DNA of 63,472 nucleotides, filler included, from Welwitschia mirabilis (Eukaryota), in assembly GCA_051453625.1 (NCBI GenBank). It is 6 parts of one record of this genome, joined end to end, with 100 filler letters (N's around TTAATTAATTAA, not from the genome) between each part and the next. Parts side by side here need not be neighbours in the genome. Positions count along the whole stretch, not along the records: positions 9,068 to 39,818 come from JBOZIK010000001.1; positions 39,919 to 49,966 come from JBOZIK010000001.1; positions 50,067 to 52,608 come from JBOZIK010000001.1; 3 more parts are not named here. One strand, written 5' to 3'. The position numbers were made by a program, and so were the translations under genes. Positions within the stretch are counted from its first letter, which is position 1; each line of letters begins with the position of its first letter. Of the stretch, positions 37,701 through 50,900 are shown piece after piece. Below the pieces are notes generated by a model. That model saw only the letters and a program-made list of their open reading frames with translations. It searched no databases and was not told the origin of the DNA.

Positions 37701-39818
37701 TTGCCTTCGTGAGAGAAAAAATGGAAAAAGTCTAAAAACTGTGTATGTTGTGGGCCCCATAAGAAGTGAAAAATCAAAATACTCAAATGAAAAATATAAT
37801 CTAATAAAGTCATAGAGCACATTACACTAATCAATTTTGCCTAAAGGACCTCTATAATTCAACTTATGGTTTATGAGAAAACAAGTGCGAAAAATAAAAA
37901 CCTAAGAATACCTCATAATACGTACAAGTGATCATAACTCAAAAAATATGCAGTGAAATTCAAATCCGTAAGTCCCAAAATGAAGAGTGCTAAAAACTAA
38001 ATAATATACATCAAAATTGTGTGTCGAAAGGCTGAAAACAGGGAAAAAAGTAAAAAACAGGAGGAGAGAGAAACAGACCTCATTTTTCAAATTTAAAGAA
38101 ATCTTGTGAATCTGGTAATAAAATCAGGTAGGATAAGTCCTAAAATGCTAGTACTAGCCAGAGGGATTATTGTTTCTCAAAAGAATGAAGGAAAATAACA
38201 AGAAAATGAGTGAAAATAAGGAAAAAGTGTTTGAACTACAGTTTTATCGCACTGTCATCCGCTAGTGTCGTCCAAATGACAGCCCTAGGATGACTAACAG
38301 AAAAATCAAGCTGTCGTTCGCACAATGTCATCTAGACAACCATGTGGATGATGGAACACCAAAAAGATTTTTAAAAGAAAAACNNNNNNNNNNNNNNNNN
38401 NNNNNNNNNNNNNNNNNNNNNNNNNNNNNNNNNNNNNNNNNNNNNNNNNNNNNNNNNNNNNNNNNNNNNNNNNNNNNNNNNNNNNNNNNNNNNNNNNNNN
38501 NNNNNNNNNNNNNNNNNNNNNNNNNNNNNNNNNNNNNNNNNNNNNNNNNNNNNNNNNNNNNNNNNNNNNNNNNNNNNNNNNNNNNNNNNNNNNNNNNNNN
38601 NNNNNNNNNNNNNNNNNNNNNNNNNNNNNNNNNNNNNNNNNNNNNNNNNNNNNNNNNNNNNNNNNNNNNNNNNNNNNNNNNNNNNNNNNNNNNNNNNNNN
38701 NNNNNNNNNNNNNNNNNNNNNNNNNNNNNNNNNNNNNNNNNNNNNNNNNNNNNNNNNNNNNNNNNNNNNNNNNNNNNNNNNNNNNNNNNNNNNNNNNNNN
38801 NNNNNNNNNNNNNNAAAAATCAAGAGGAGAGAGAAACATACCTCATTTTTGCAATTTGAATAAATCTTGCAAATTTGGCAACGAAATTAGGTAGGATAAG
38901 TCCTAGAATGCTAGTACTAGCTAGAGGGGTTATTGTCTCTTAAAAGAATGAAGGAAAATGATGAGAAAATAAGTGAAAATTAGGAAAACGAATTTGGGCC
39001 ACGGTTTTATTGGACTGTCGTCCACTCACTGTCATCTGCACAATATCGTCTGGATGACCATGTGGATGATGGAACACCAAAAAGATTTTTAAAAGAAAAA
39101 CATCAGCCATGAAAGTTAGGCTCAGATAAGACCATTAAAGTGACAGTTTTAAAAAGGAAAAGGATAGAATCCCATAAAGCACACAGAAAACACAAGAAAA
39201 ATAGAAAAACTAAAGGAAGAGGGATAGAAACATACAAAAGGGAAAAGTATGGCTAAAGAAAACGGATTATCTACGTTGAAAACCTGCAATAAAGACTGAA
39301 TGAATGTGCCCGAATAGAAAAATGAAAGCATGACAGACTTAGAACTCCATAACCTACAAGGGAACTCATAAAGATTGTGAAAAAGATGTACTTTGAAACA
39401 TTTTTTTATGAAAATGTGTTTTTAGAAAAACATTTTATCAATATTTGAATAACAAGAAAACTACTAAATGATTAAGATCCTAAAAAGGAATAAGAAAATG
39501 CGAAAATGACTTTGAAATAGTAAACTCAAAAATCAAAGAAAACCAGAGTAAAAATGAACACAAGGAACAAGAAAAGATTGTTTACCTATCTTAAGTATTC
39601 ACCAAGAAAACTCCCAAGGAAAACATCATAACATCACCTGAGTAAATATGCATAACAAAATGTATTAACTCCATAAAGTTCATTCGAAAAGGCAGTGGCT
39701 ATGGTGATATCCAAAGATTCAAGTGTGTAGAACAATGAATGTCAAAACCAAAAGTTACTTAGAAATGAATTCATCTACTTTTACTCCACAAACTCATCGG
39801 AATCTCCAAAAGTGAAAT
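34730..39818 (-). mobile_element. Athila-like element A3, 3' half (3' LTR 34730-35824, PPT 35825-35837)
   Basis: Reverse-complement colinear with ~11940-16591. Confidence 0.9.
36346..38083 (-). pseudogene. Spliced accessory gene, copy 2 (exon 1 38083-38079, intron 38078-37543, exon 2 37542-36346)
   Basis: ATGAG|GTCTG...GTAG|G; contains ORF 37118..37453 (AYYASETREFY); ends FIMCRRGQ*. Confidence 0.7.
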
Positions 39819-39918
39819 NNNNNNNNNNNNNNNNNNNNNNNNNNNNNNNNNNNNNNNNNNNNTTAATTAATTAANNNNNNNNNNNNNNNNNNNNNNNNNN
39901 NNNNNNNNNNNNNNNNNN
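39819..39918. other. Artificial scaffold linker
   Basis: 44N-TTAATTAATTAA-44N. Confidence 0.97.
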
Positions 39919-39994
39919 GGGGCAAGAGAGAGCATGTTTATTTGGAGTTGACTATCAATGAACCTTAGGTAGTAAAAATGAAGTTTAGTGAACT

Positions 39995-40182
39995 TGTCAA
40001 AATATCTATATAGCATAAATTATATTTAAATGATGATGTCCCCTTATTTGTATGAGCTTGGGATCTTATTCCTATAATAGTGACCTCTTATCAAAGTATC
40101 CATATAGCATAATTTATATTTGAATGATGATGTCCCCTTGTTTGTATGAGCTTGGGATCTTATTCCTATAGTAGTGACCTCT
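39995..40182. repeat. 2 x 94-bp direct tandem duplication
   Basis: Near-identical units start at 39995 and 40089. Confidence 0.9.
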
Positions 40183-40749
40183 TGATTTCTCTAACATTAC
40201 ACCAGTTATATTATAGAAATTACTTTGAAGGGATCTTAGTTTCATACTTTTTTCGATTTTGTAACCTTTTGGGTTGCATCTAGCAAATACTACTATCTTT
40301 GTTTTTTCCCCCTTTCATTGATACATTTACTAGTGCCATAAACCCCTTTTTTTAATACATCCCAGTTGTTATCCAACTCCTCAAAGACACCATGATTGTG
40401 TCCAAAATTTTCCATGGAGTTACTCCATCCTACAGCTATAAACAAACCTCATGTATTATTATTGTTTATCTAGGCCCCATCGTAAAAGGGTTTAGCTCTT
40501 AAGTGCTTTCAAATCGAAGGATCTCTATGAACAAAGAGTAAGTAGAGGCAACACAAGATCGAGGTATAACAATGGCACCAAGAATGGACTTATTTCGTTA
40601 GAAATTAAGGCAACAGAAAATTCTTAGTCTATCTATTAAGATGAAATTAGTTTCTAGCAAAAGAATCCTAGTTGTTATTAGGAGGTATAAATATTTAATA
40701 CCACAAATTGTCAATGTAACTAACTAAATAGATATCATATTTCAAGGCT

Positions 40750-41900
40750 TGTTAGAAATCATTTTAATTAATAAACATGAAGTTAAAAAGAAATAGAAAA
40801 ATGAAGAAAATATTGTAGAATAGAAATAATGAGAATAACAAGCTTTATGTCAATAACGTAACATTATAGCAATATCAATGATCACATCATTAAGGTATGA
40901 ACTGGTATTTATACATTAAGGGTTAGGATTTTCCATCAGGATTTTTTAGGATTTTATCCTTAACACTTTTTAACTATTAAGATTTTTGGTTAAAAACATG
41001 TAAAAATCTATAGTCATTACCATAATTATGACCTTATAACTAAAGTTCAAGATCAGAGGATTTTAATTCCCAATAGTTTAAAAGGTTATGATTACAACAT
41101 AAAGATAACATAATTGACATAGTAAGAAAAACAACCAAAGAGTAATTTTTTTTAATGACATTAGAGTGCTTAAAGAAAAAACTTAACTCGCACAATATTT
41201 ATTAGATACCCTTGAATGCCAAATAGTTATTCATGTACTAAATGTTCTCTTTGTAACTCAGAAGGTCTTGATGCTAAGTAATCCCAAGATATTTCTTAAT
41301 TATTAAAATTTTACTATATTAAACTAGCTCATCTAAATGTCTATAACTTGAGTGTTTGATGCACTAAACATTTCTAACTCCATTCCAAGGAACTTCTCAT
41401 AACATACAAACTCTTTTGTTTGTAATATACTTTATTTATCATGAAGCACTAAATTCTTTTTATGTGAATTGAATTTTCATTAATGATAATTTTGTACATA
41501 CTTTATATGGAAGAAGTAGAATAGCATATTTCTTGTACAAATTACTTCCTTACTAGTTTCAGATATTGCTAAGTAAGAATTTCTTACTATCTTCTTTCAT
41601 TTAAACATCTAAGAGATTGCTAAATATACTAATAATGTTAGGCATCTTATCACAGATTTTCTAGTGGCATGACAATCACTAAAACTTGAAGATGTCATGA
41701 ATTCTAGAGAGAGCTTAGAAAGAGACAAAGCATGTGCTTTAGCTCCAATGCCGGTGCTGGAAGTTACCCTATAGACTCTTGTTTTTAATGTTGTTATTAT
41801 TGAAGATGTTAATAATTAGAAACATCGAAATGATGACAAAGATGCATGAATTGCTAAGAAGGTAGTGGAGTTAGAGAGGAAGAAGAAATAAGGCTTAATA
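40750..41900 (-). mobile_element. Heavily decayed Ty1/copia remnant: short LTR-like block (40750-40965) and RT/RH traces
   Basis: TGTTAG...TTAACA bounded ~215-bp block. rc of ~41370-41430 gives an RT-like KEF...EKFLGMELE. Confidence 0.4.
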
Positions 41901-42000
41901 AATAATTGGAGGATTACATGTAAAATTTAACATTTGATCCATATGAAATCATAACATCTACAACATCACTTATACACATTAATTCTAGCCCATCTCTTTG

Positions 42001-42003
<3 letters not shown>

Positions 42004-42036
<33 letters not shown>
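42004..42036. repeat. (TA)n microsatellite
   Basis: Perfect TA run. Confidence 0.95.
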
Positions 42037-42039
<3 letters not shown>

Positions 42040-42494
42040 TATTTAAGGAAAAAAAATTATCTCTACTTGTTCACTTACATGTAAAAATATATATCACCTT
42101 TCTTATTCTTTTCCATTTGTTTGATGATTTCCTATTCCTTTAATACAACTTACCATTCATTTTTTAATTCCTATAGGATTTTATGATTTTGATAATAATT
42201 TCAAATTTTAGGATACCAAAAAAGTGTGTTCAGATTTCTAGAGTTTGAAATCCCTAAGATACACTACATGATGTTTATTTGTTCATTCATTTATTATACA
42301 TCATTATGAATGAACGAACAAATCATGTGAATAGAGAGTATATTTAGTTTAACTTGGCAACCTATGTTCATCCTCAAATCATTTATAAACCTTCTTGTAT
42401 TTTTCTATAACTCTCATTATAGCACATATGCAGCCTCTAGTTATGTGTGAATGCACCACATCATAAGTGAACCATAACTAATATAGACATTTAT

Positions 42495-43190
42495 AAGCCA
42501 TTGAAGCTATGCACTCTTCCTTTTATCATAGCAAATCCTTTTGAAATTTTTATCCTATTCATCTATGAACATTCCTAAGTATTTTTAAACATAGTTCTAA
42601 AAGGCATCTTAGGAGTAAAAGGATAGGATATGAAGAACAAGAAGATTGAATGTTATTTTGTTATATTCTTTTGTGTAAGCCATCGAAGCAATGCACTCTT
42701 CTTTTTATCATAGAAAATCATTTTGTTATATTTTAAACTATTTTTAAACATAGTTCTAAAAGGCATCTTAAAAGTAAAAAAAGATAGGATTTGAATAAAA
42801 AGAAGATTAAATGTTACTTTATTCTTTTGTGTGGACCATTAAAGCCATGCACTTTTCCTTTTATCATAGAAACTCATTTTTAAATTTTAAGCTTGTATAT
42901 TCATGAATATTATAAATAATTTCTAAAAATACTTCTTAAAGGCATCGAAGGAGTCAAAAGGATAGGGTTTGAATAATAAGGAGACTATTATTTTATTATC
43001 TATTTTGTATAGGTCACTAAAGCCATGCACTCTTCCTTGTACCATAGAAAATAATTTTAAAACTTTGATCCTATCCATCCATGAACATACTTAAATATCT
43101 CTAAACATAGTTCTAAAAAGTATCTTAAAAGTAAAAAGGATAGCATTTGAATAATAAGAATAATAAATGTTATTTTATTATATTCATGTT
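42495..43190. repeat. Diverged tandem array, about 4 units of ~180 bp
   Basis: Recurring a(a)gccatgcactcttccttttatcatag...aaacatagttctaaaaggcatctt...aggatagg at ~42495, 42677, 42834 and 43012; unit 2 has an internal deletion. Confidence 0.85.
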
Positions 43191-44399
43191 AAGGTTTCTA
43201 ATAGAAAATCCTACATCTTAAGAATATTAAAAGAGATTTGTTACAATAATAAAGGTGAAGTTCTCTATGTTTTATTTATAGCTAAGGGCATAGTAGTTCA
43301 ACTAGGTCATGGATTAAAATATTTGGATATCGTTATTAGCACACTATAGGATCTTAGGGATAAATGAATCATCTATTTGGGCAATTAGGGTGGTTATGCT
43401 TTAAAGGAAAGATATGATTATTAAAAGTTTGGAGTTTGATATTCCTTCTATATCTTATTTATAAATATTTTGTAACTCTTGATCTTAAGAAATATATAGA
43501 GGAGGAAGAAATTTATAATAGATAGAATAAAAACAAATGTCTTTGTAGCTATTTTATAAGTTCTTAATCATGGAATTCTAGTTTATGTATATATGCTATA
43601 TAGATTATAGAATACAAAATATGATTTAAAAAGTAAAATAAAAGGTATTCAACTAAGTTTTAATGCTAAGAAATAAGTTTTACAATACCTAACTTTAAGA
43701 AAATTCAAGACCTAGACCTTAATAATCAGAGACTTTCTTTTAATAAATTATTGAATATTTTTAACTTTTTCATATTCTTTCTAAACTATATTGTTATGTT
43801 CATGATGTTATATACTTCTAATCTTAAGAGATCGTAACATGACTTTTCATCTGATGTGACTGTTATTATCTTGTACTCAGGGCCATTTTTATGTCTTCTT
43901 GGTGTTATGTCAATTAGTTAGGTCCCTTTTGTTTTGTGTTAAAGTTATGACTCTTCTATTTTTTTGAAAGGTATGTAGTATGGTTCGATCCACATTATTA
44001 AAGTGAGTTGGGATGCCTCCCATTATCAAAGATAAAAGAATGTAAAGCCTCCCTCATTGTATTCATCTTAGAAAGAGATGAATGAAATGCTACACTTTTA
44101 ATTAGCTATGAGAATTGCTTAATGATCTATCTTTAATTTTATACTTCATACTTGCTTGAAAGCTTCATGCATGCTTAATTCCTACTTCATTCTTACTAGA
44201 TGCTTCAATATGCATGCTAAATTTAATGTGTCTCTAATGTTAATGCTATAATTATCTATCTATTTCATGTTTGAGAGAGTAATGTGCAAAATCTCATTTG
44301 CATGTCATTACTCTTAATCATATATATCAAAATTTTCATAAATCTAAAAAAAAATTCATGTTGCATGTCACATGTTATTTTTATCTCATAGCTTTCTAA

Positions 44400-44576
44400 A
44401 AAGATGTCTATAGAAACTATATATGGCTACTAATTGCATACACATCTATAGAACATTATAGACATCTTTTGTTCTTTCGTTGACCCTTGATATTGATGTC
44501 TACTACTTTATAGACATCTACTAATTGTGTAGACATCTTCTAATTTTATAGATTTCTACTATTTTTGTAAATAGTG
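44400..44576 (+). mobile_element. Possible CACTA 3' end (subterminal repeats plus TAGTG)
   Basis: tagacatct/agatgtcta repeated in both orientations, ending ...tttttgtaaaTAGTG. No matching 5' TIR found. Confidence 0.35.
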
Positions 44577-44597
44577 AAGTAAGGGTGAAGCTTCTAC

Positions 44598-45500
44598 TAA
44601 CATAATGGTATCAAAACATACAATCTTAACAATTAAGAAGAGTGGATATCTTTTTCATCCACTTGAGAGATAATTTTGGGTAATATTTTTACATTAAAAT
44701 TAGTTTGAATTAATTCTTACTTTGGAAATAGGTCGAAAGAAATTTCTAAGTACTCAATTACCATTAATAGATCTTAATATTTTAGTTATTACATTCATTT
44801 GATAAAGTTCCTCCTCCAATTTAATGATTATTAGATGTCGCTAAGCATGGATTCTTCTTTCCACTAAATCTTAATGTTCTTAATATTGAATAGTGTTGTC
44901 AATTTAAAATCAACAATAAGGTAGATGCATTAGTCAAAATAATCATAAATACTTTAGTCTCTAAAGTAATTGATATAAGAATCATGATTAGGAATACACC
45001 AAAGGCATGTTAGAAGAAACTCCAATCATAATTCAAGATTACAATCAAAATAAGAAATCAAACAAATAGGTATAGGAAGGAATTTAATAACCTCTAAATT
45101 CGAAGAGATGAGTCTCTTAATTATTTGCTTGATATAATGTATATAGTGCTAAGATATAATGTATATAGTGTTAAGAAACTTAGATGAATATGATTGTGAC
45201 TTTAATGCAAGGCAAAAATTTAATAGGATGATGGAAGTATTTTATAATGATTTTAGATTGAAGCAATGCATGATTACCCCATTTTGGACAGAGGATATTA
45301 ATTCTTAATAAAAAGTTTAAAGGACCTCAAGGTTATTCAGAATTCTAATGACAATGCATTTATGGCTAAAAATCAACGTGATAGAGAATGAAGAAATAAT
45401 GGAGATAAATGAAGAGCAAACTACTAGTGCCAAGAATTATAGGAAAGATAAAATTTTTAAAACTCTAGAGGAGTCTTTCAAAATTTTAGATGTTACCAGA
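44598..45500 (+). mobile_element. Decayed copia (Ale/Retrofit-like) PBS and gag remnant
   Basis: taaca taa TGGTATCAaaac followed by FLLWK*V and AWILLS-like gag traces. Confidence 0.4.
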
Positions 45501-45599
45501 GACTAAAAGGCCAAAATAAAAGAGGAGATATGTAATAACTTAATTAGAATTATTTGTATTACCTCCTAAAAATTTAGGTTAATTAGAATGCTTAGTGGG

Positions 45600-48500
45600 A
45601 CATAGGATTAACTTCTACATACACTATGTCACTATAATTAAATACATATTTAAGAAAATTAGACATTACATATGTTTGTTATGGAATTAAATATAGGTTA
45701 TTTTGGTTTTCAAATAACATTGATATCATAATTTTATGTTCCCTATTTCTTCTTAGTTTTTGGTTACATAGAGATATCTAATATATGGTTGATGAGCTGT
45801 AAACCTGTTATACTGCATACATAGATGAAGGTTTAGAATAATTATTAAACAATATAATAGAAGGTTAAAACTCCTATTAATAACATTCCAACTTGATATC
45901 TAGTCATTATCCAGATGTGAGTTGGTTCTACTTTGGATTGCAATATATCATCAAAAAGGCAATAAGTGATACATGAGGTGGATGCATATTTACAAGTTAC
46001 CCCTCCTTACTTTAATCATTTTAGAAAAGTGAAACATGATTTTTTAACATCAAGGGATTAGGATATTATGTCAAAGTAATTTCATACATAGGTAGAGTAG
46101 GAGAGTGATGATTAAATCCAATTACTAAAGAGTTTTAAATAAAAATGTAATGCCACCAATCTTGGTGATGAAATCTAAGTATGGAGATGATAATTATTAG
46201 AATTATCTTAATTTAGTTATCATTTAATGAGTACATCAAACAAATGCATGCATACAATCTTTACCTAATATCAATAATTAGTTGATCATTTATCTAAGAA
46301 AAATAATTCTAGCTTTATTAAATTCTTTTATTTCAAGCAATCATATATAAAAGAGGAAAAAAAACCGTATATAATCTTCATTTGACATATTAAGAGACAA
46401 GTTTGTTTAAATTATATATATCTATGTTAATGGTAATTGAGCCAGGGAAAATAGATTCCTCTTATTTAACATTGATAAAAGTATCTTTAAAATAAATCAC
46501 AATACTATTTTAAAGTTATTTTTGACAAAAAATGTTTTATGCATGAGATTATACACTCTTTAAGCCCCTCTTGTTCAAGTTCAACTAGTAAATTTTAACA
46601 TGATAATATGATTAATGAGGATAAGAAGAGTAAATGTAGAGAAAATTAAAAATATAAGAAATAATGCTTGTTTAAAAATTCATGTAATGACTCCCATCAA
46701 AGCTAGGAGATAAATATAAATGATAGTAAAGAAGAATGTGAATAAGCTCAAATGGATGAATTCATTCTAATTAGGACTTAGAAAGATCACTATGAGGATT
46801 TGAGCCTCCACCCTAGGGTCTCCACTAAAATAATTTTGAAGGCTTACAAGAAATTGATTCTATAATGGCACCTAGATAAGAATGAAAACAGACAAGAAGA
46901 AACCTGTGAGAAAATAAATAATTTAAATTAGGCAAAAGAGGTATTGGGTAATAAAAATTTGAGAATGATGTACCACATCTTAACAAATAGAAACTCACTA
47001 CTAAATATGGCAAATGATACCTTTCCCAAGGTAATTATAAAGGTGTCATTACTTTCTACGACCTTATACTCTGTACTTGTCCTTGGTTTAATTCTAAATG
47101 AATTCTTTACTCAAAAATCCAATTTTAATGCTTTAGCTATTTATGTTTTTTTGCCCTTTTATTTTTTTTCCTAGATTAAGGCTAAGCTTTATAGTATTAC
47201 CAATAATGCTCTGCAATTCAAAAATATTCCTTTGCTTTAAGGTGTAGCCCAATTTTGATGTGGGGAAAAGTTCCCTCGCCTAAATAGGGATTTCTAAATT
47301 TGTTTCTTAATAGATTTGGTTATAATTCTTAAAAGCCAAAAAAAAAAACAAAAATAAGAATACATGTAACTATAAAATAGATAAAGAAGATAAAAATCAA
47401 AGGAACTACTTAAGTTAACTAGATTGCAAGAGTGAAAAACCTCTTAAATTTCTACATATATGCATTCATATAAAAGCAAGTAAAGAACATATGGTATTAC
47501 ACAGACACACATACACACATATAGGAATATCATTAATAACATTAGAAAAGAGAAATAATACTAAGTATACATTTCTTAAGTAATTAAACAATCAAACTTA
47601 ACTTGTAGCCAAAGAATGTCATTTCTTATCTAAGAATAAAGGCCTTAATAAGAAAGGCATAAATTGTACTTTACTAAAGAACATTTAGTAAAAATGATAT
47701 AAATCGAAATTATTTTAATTACTATCCATATTATATTTTTAAATTACTAGCATAATTTTATCAAATAAATTTTCTATAAGTAATAATTAATTATTAATTG
47801 TATATAAATGAAAAAGAAATTATGATATTTCTTCTTAAAGTAGGATCATGATATGATATCCAAAAATCCACTTTATCAAGTACAGATTCCTATAAATTTA
47901 TTTTTTAATATCACACTTTAAGTTAAAAACTATGTAAATTTTTAGAAGTATTAAAATACCACACTATACTAAAAAGATCATAATTTTAAACTACTTTGAA
48001 TTTTTAAGTGATTAGAGTCTCTTTTGAAAGGCTATTCAATTCTATAATTTAAACTATTCTATTATTACAAAATACTAATTATTAGTTATAAAATCTAAAA
48101 CTAATTACTTACTATTTTCTATTTTTATTTTCTAATTTTTTCTTATGCAAAAATTTCAAAACTACCATGTACTATAATGAGATAAAATTTTCCAATTCCC
48201 ATAAATAATAAAATCAATATTTTATAAAATAATTATTTTTATAAATATTAAGAAGGAAAAAAGTCATGGTAGAGTAAAATATACTCTTTCACCCTTTTTG
48301 GTTTATGAACAAGAGTGCATGTACTTATTTATATGCCCAATAATTTCAAGATTCATAATACAAGATACAAGAAAGAAACTGTAATAATAGAATGTAATAC
48401 ACTCAATTTTTTTAATCCACTTCTTTTACTAACTACATTAAACATTTAATTTTATCAAAAAGTTTTACTTTCTTTTTAATGTGAATAAGACATATGAATA

Positions 48501-48996
48501 AATGAGTAGGATAAAGATGTCATATTCTATCGACGTAAATATAATATTATTATTTTATACTTTCTTATAAACTTTTAATTTAACAATTTTAATATGTGAA
48601 TTTGATGTCTTTACATAAGTGGAGTTATTTGATTTTAACATTTAGATACTTTTGTTGATTAAATACTTTTCTTGTGAAAAATAAAAATTTTCATGAAATA
48701 ATTATTATCATTTTTATTATATTTAATTAAAAATATCAAAATTATAAATACTTATTGAAAAATTAGCGTTAATTATTTATAATATTTTAAAAGTATTTAT
48801 AATTCAAAATTAAGCATAAAGTATATCTTTGAGATAAAGAATACAAGACTTTATTTCTTATAAAACTAAACATTAATTTCTATAAACTATCTAAATATAT
48901 AAGAATTTCATGTTAAAAATTTAATATCAAAAGTATCATAGATCAACATGTCTAATATTTAAGCAATTAAAGGTTTACAAAGTGTAGGATATAACA
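45600..48996 (-). repeat. Probable long LTR of a Tekay/Del-like chromovirus; low-coordinate end uncertain
   Basis: rc shows PPT aagtgagagagta then TGTTATATCC from 48996. 45600-46400 is homologous to 50070-50900. Confidence 0.45.
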
Positions 48997-49089
48997 TACT
49001 CTCTCACTTAGAATGATTCAGTCTTGGGAATCAAGATAAATAAAGAGTTTAAAACTCTATAGCTACATACATAAAATTCAAGAATATTT

Positions 49090-49966
49090 AGTTATTTATG
49101 TTTTATTATTTTTCCTACCTTCCAAGTAGCTTCCTCAATACTATGATTTGTCCACTTTATTTTTTACATGATAAATTTTCCTATTTCATAAAGTAATAGA
49201 TCATCAGTCTAACACTACTTTAAGCTCTTTTATAGTCGAATAATTGTGTTACATCTACATATGAAATCAATTTAACACATAAGATATATCTAAACTACAC
49301 TTTCTTAGCATGCTTATATGAAAAATGTTATGCATGTGCAAAACATCGAGGCGGTAGAGCAAACTTATAAGTCATGGATCAAATGATTTAATAAATCTAG
49401 GTGCTAATTTTGATCTATTAAATCCTTTCATTACTCATTTTATTGGTGATGCTTTAAAGAAGACATGGTCATCAATTGGAAATTCAATATTTTGGCTTTG
49501 ATGATCTAGATACATCCTTTGTCACTCTACTACTTCTTTAAATTTTTTCCTAATTGTTCTCATTTTATTTTCCATTTTCTATAACATTTTTAGTCTTATT
49601 GTTAATCTTTTCTTAAGTCTTCTTCATGTAGTTGATGTTGTGTACTTTCTACCATATAAAAGCTTTAAATAGAGCTATCTGAATTAAACTTTAATAACTA
49701 TTACTATATGTAAATTAAACTAATGATAGATATTCTTCCTACCTCTTATATCCTTAGCACCACAAGTACATTATACTAGGGTGAACTTAGTTTCTCTATT
49801 AATTATAAACATCATTGAGTCATTATCTCTTTGATTTTTTCAAAGGCCTAGGTTAAAATCCATGTAAATCATGTTTCGTTTATATTTTAAATTTAGTTAC
49901 ATTAATTTTTCTATATATCTCTTCATCCTTGGATATAAAAAGTTTTGTTTCATGTGTGGATATATT
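49090..49966 (-). pseudogene. Chromovirus (Tekay-like) integrase C-terminus with chromodomain
   Basis: rc: DHVFFKASP, KLAPRFI, HNIFHISMLRKC, KIKWTNHSIEEATWK. Confidence 0.8.
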
Positions 49967-50066
49967 NNNNNNNNNNNNNNNNNNNNNNNNNNNNNNNNNN
50001 NNNNNNNNNNTTAATTAATTAANNNNNNNNNNNNNNNNNNNNNNNNNNNNNNNNNNNNNNNNNNNN
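49967..50066. other. Artificial scaffold linker
   Basis: 44N-TTAATTAATTAA-44N. Confidence 0.97.
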
Positions 50067-50069
50067 TAT

Positions 50070-50900
50070 TAACTAACATCCACAATAGAATCTAGAATTA
50101 ATTCCTATTTAGATCATATTAAAACATATAAGATTTAAAATAATTAAATAATATAATTATTACTTAACCATAGATTCTTTTAGGTTTGCATACAATAACA
50201 ATGTCAAAATTGTTCCTTATGTTTATTTTTAACTTTTGTTTTCGCACATAAAGATATCTTATATAAAGTTGATGTGATGTTAACTTATTTTATCACATAT
50301 AATGAATAAGTTTTAGGACAGTATTTAACCAATATAAATAGGTTTCATCTCCTATTAATGGAATTTCAACTCAATATCTAGCCATTCTCCAGACATGAAT
50401 TGGTTCTACTTCAAGTTTTAGACTATACAAACATGGTTAGGCTCAACTCCATAGGCTTAAGATTTACCTCGATATACCNNNNNNNNNNCTCAAATACTAG
50501 TGATAGGTGGTACATGTGATGGATGCATCCTTACAAGTAACCCCCACTTCCTTAAAGCATCGTAGGATAGTGAAACATGATCCTTTGATACTACGAGCTC
50601 AAGATATTAAGTCGAAATAAGTCCATGCATGGGTAGGGTAGGAGAGTAATGATAAAATCCACTTCTAGAAGGGTTTATAAATAAAAGTATAATGCAATCC
50701 ACCTTGATGATGAAATTTAAGTATGGGGATGAATTATTGTTGAGATTATCTTGGTTTAATTAAATGAATACACCATACAAATACAAGCATACAATATATG
50801 GATGTTTAATGGATTATTTACTCAGTAAAAATAATTCTAATCATCAATAGGTTTATTTTAAGAAAACAATCATATAGAAGAAAAATAAAGCATATAATCT
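50070..50900. repeat. Dispersed repeat, second copy of 45600-46400 (likely LTR segment)
   Basis: Shared blocks ctcctattaat, ttggttctactt, ggatgcat..ttacaagt.acccc, gtgaaacatgat, gtaggagagt.atgat.aaatcc. Confidence 0.75.
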
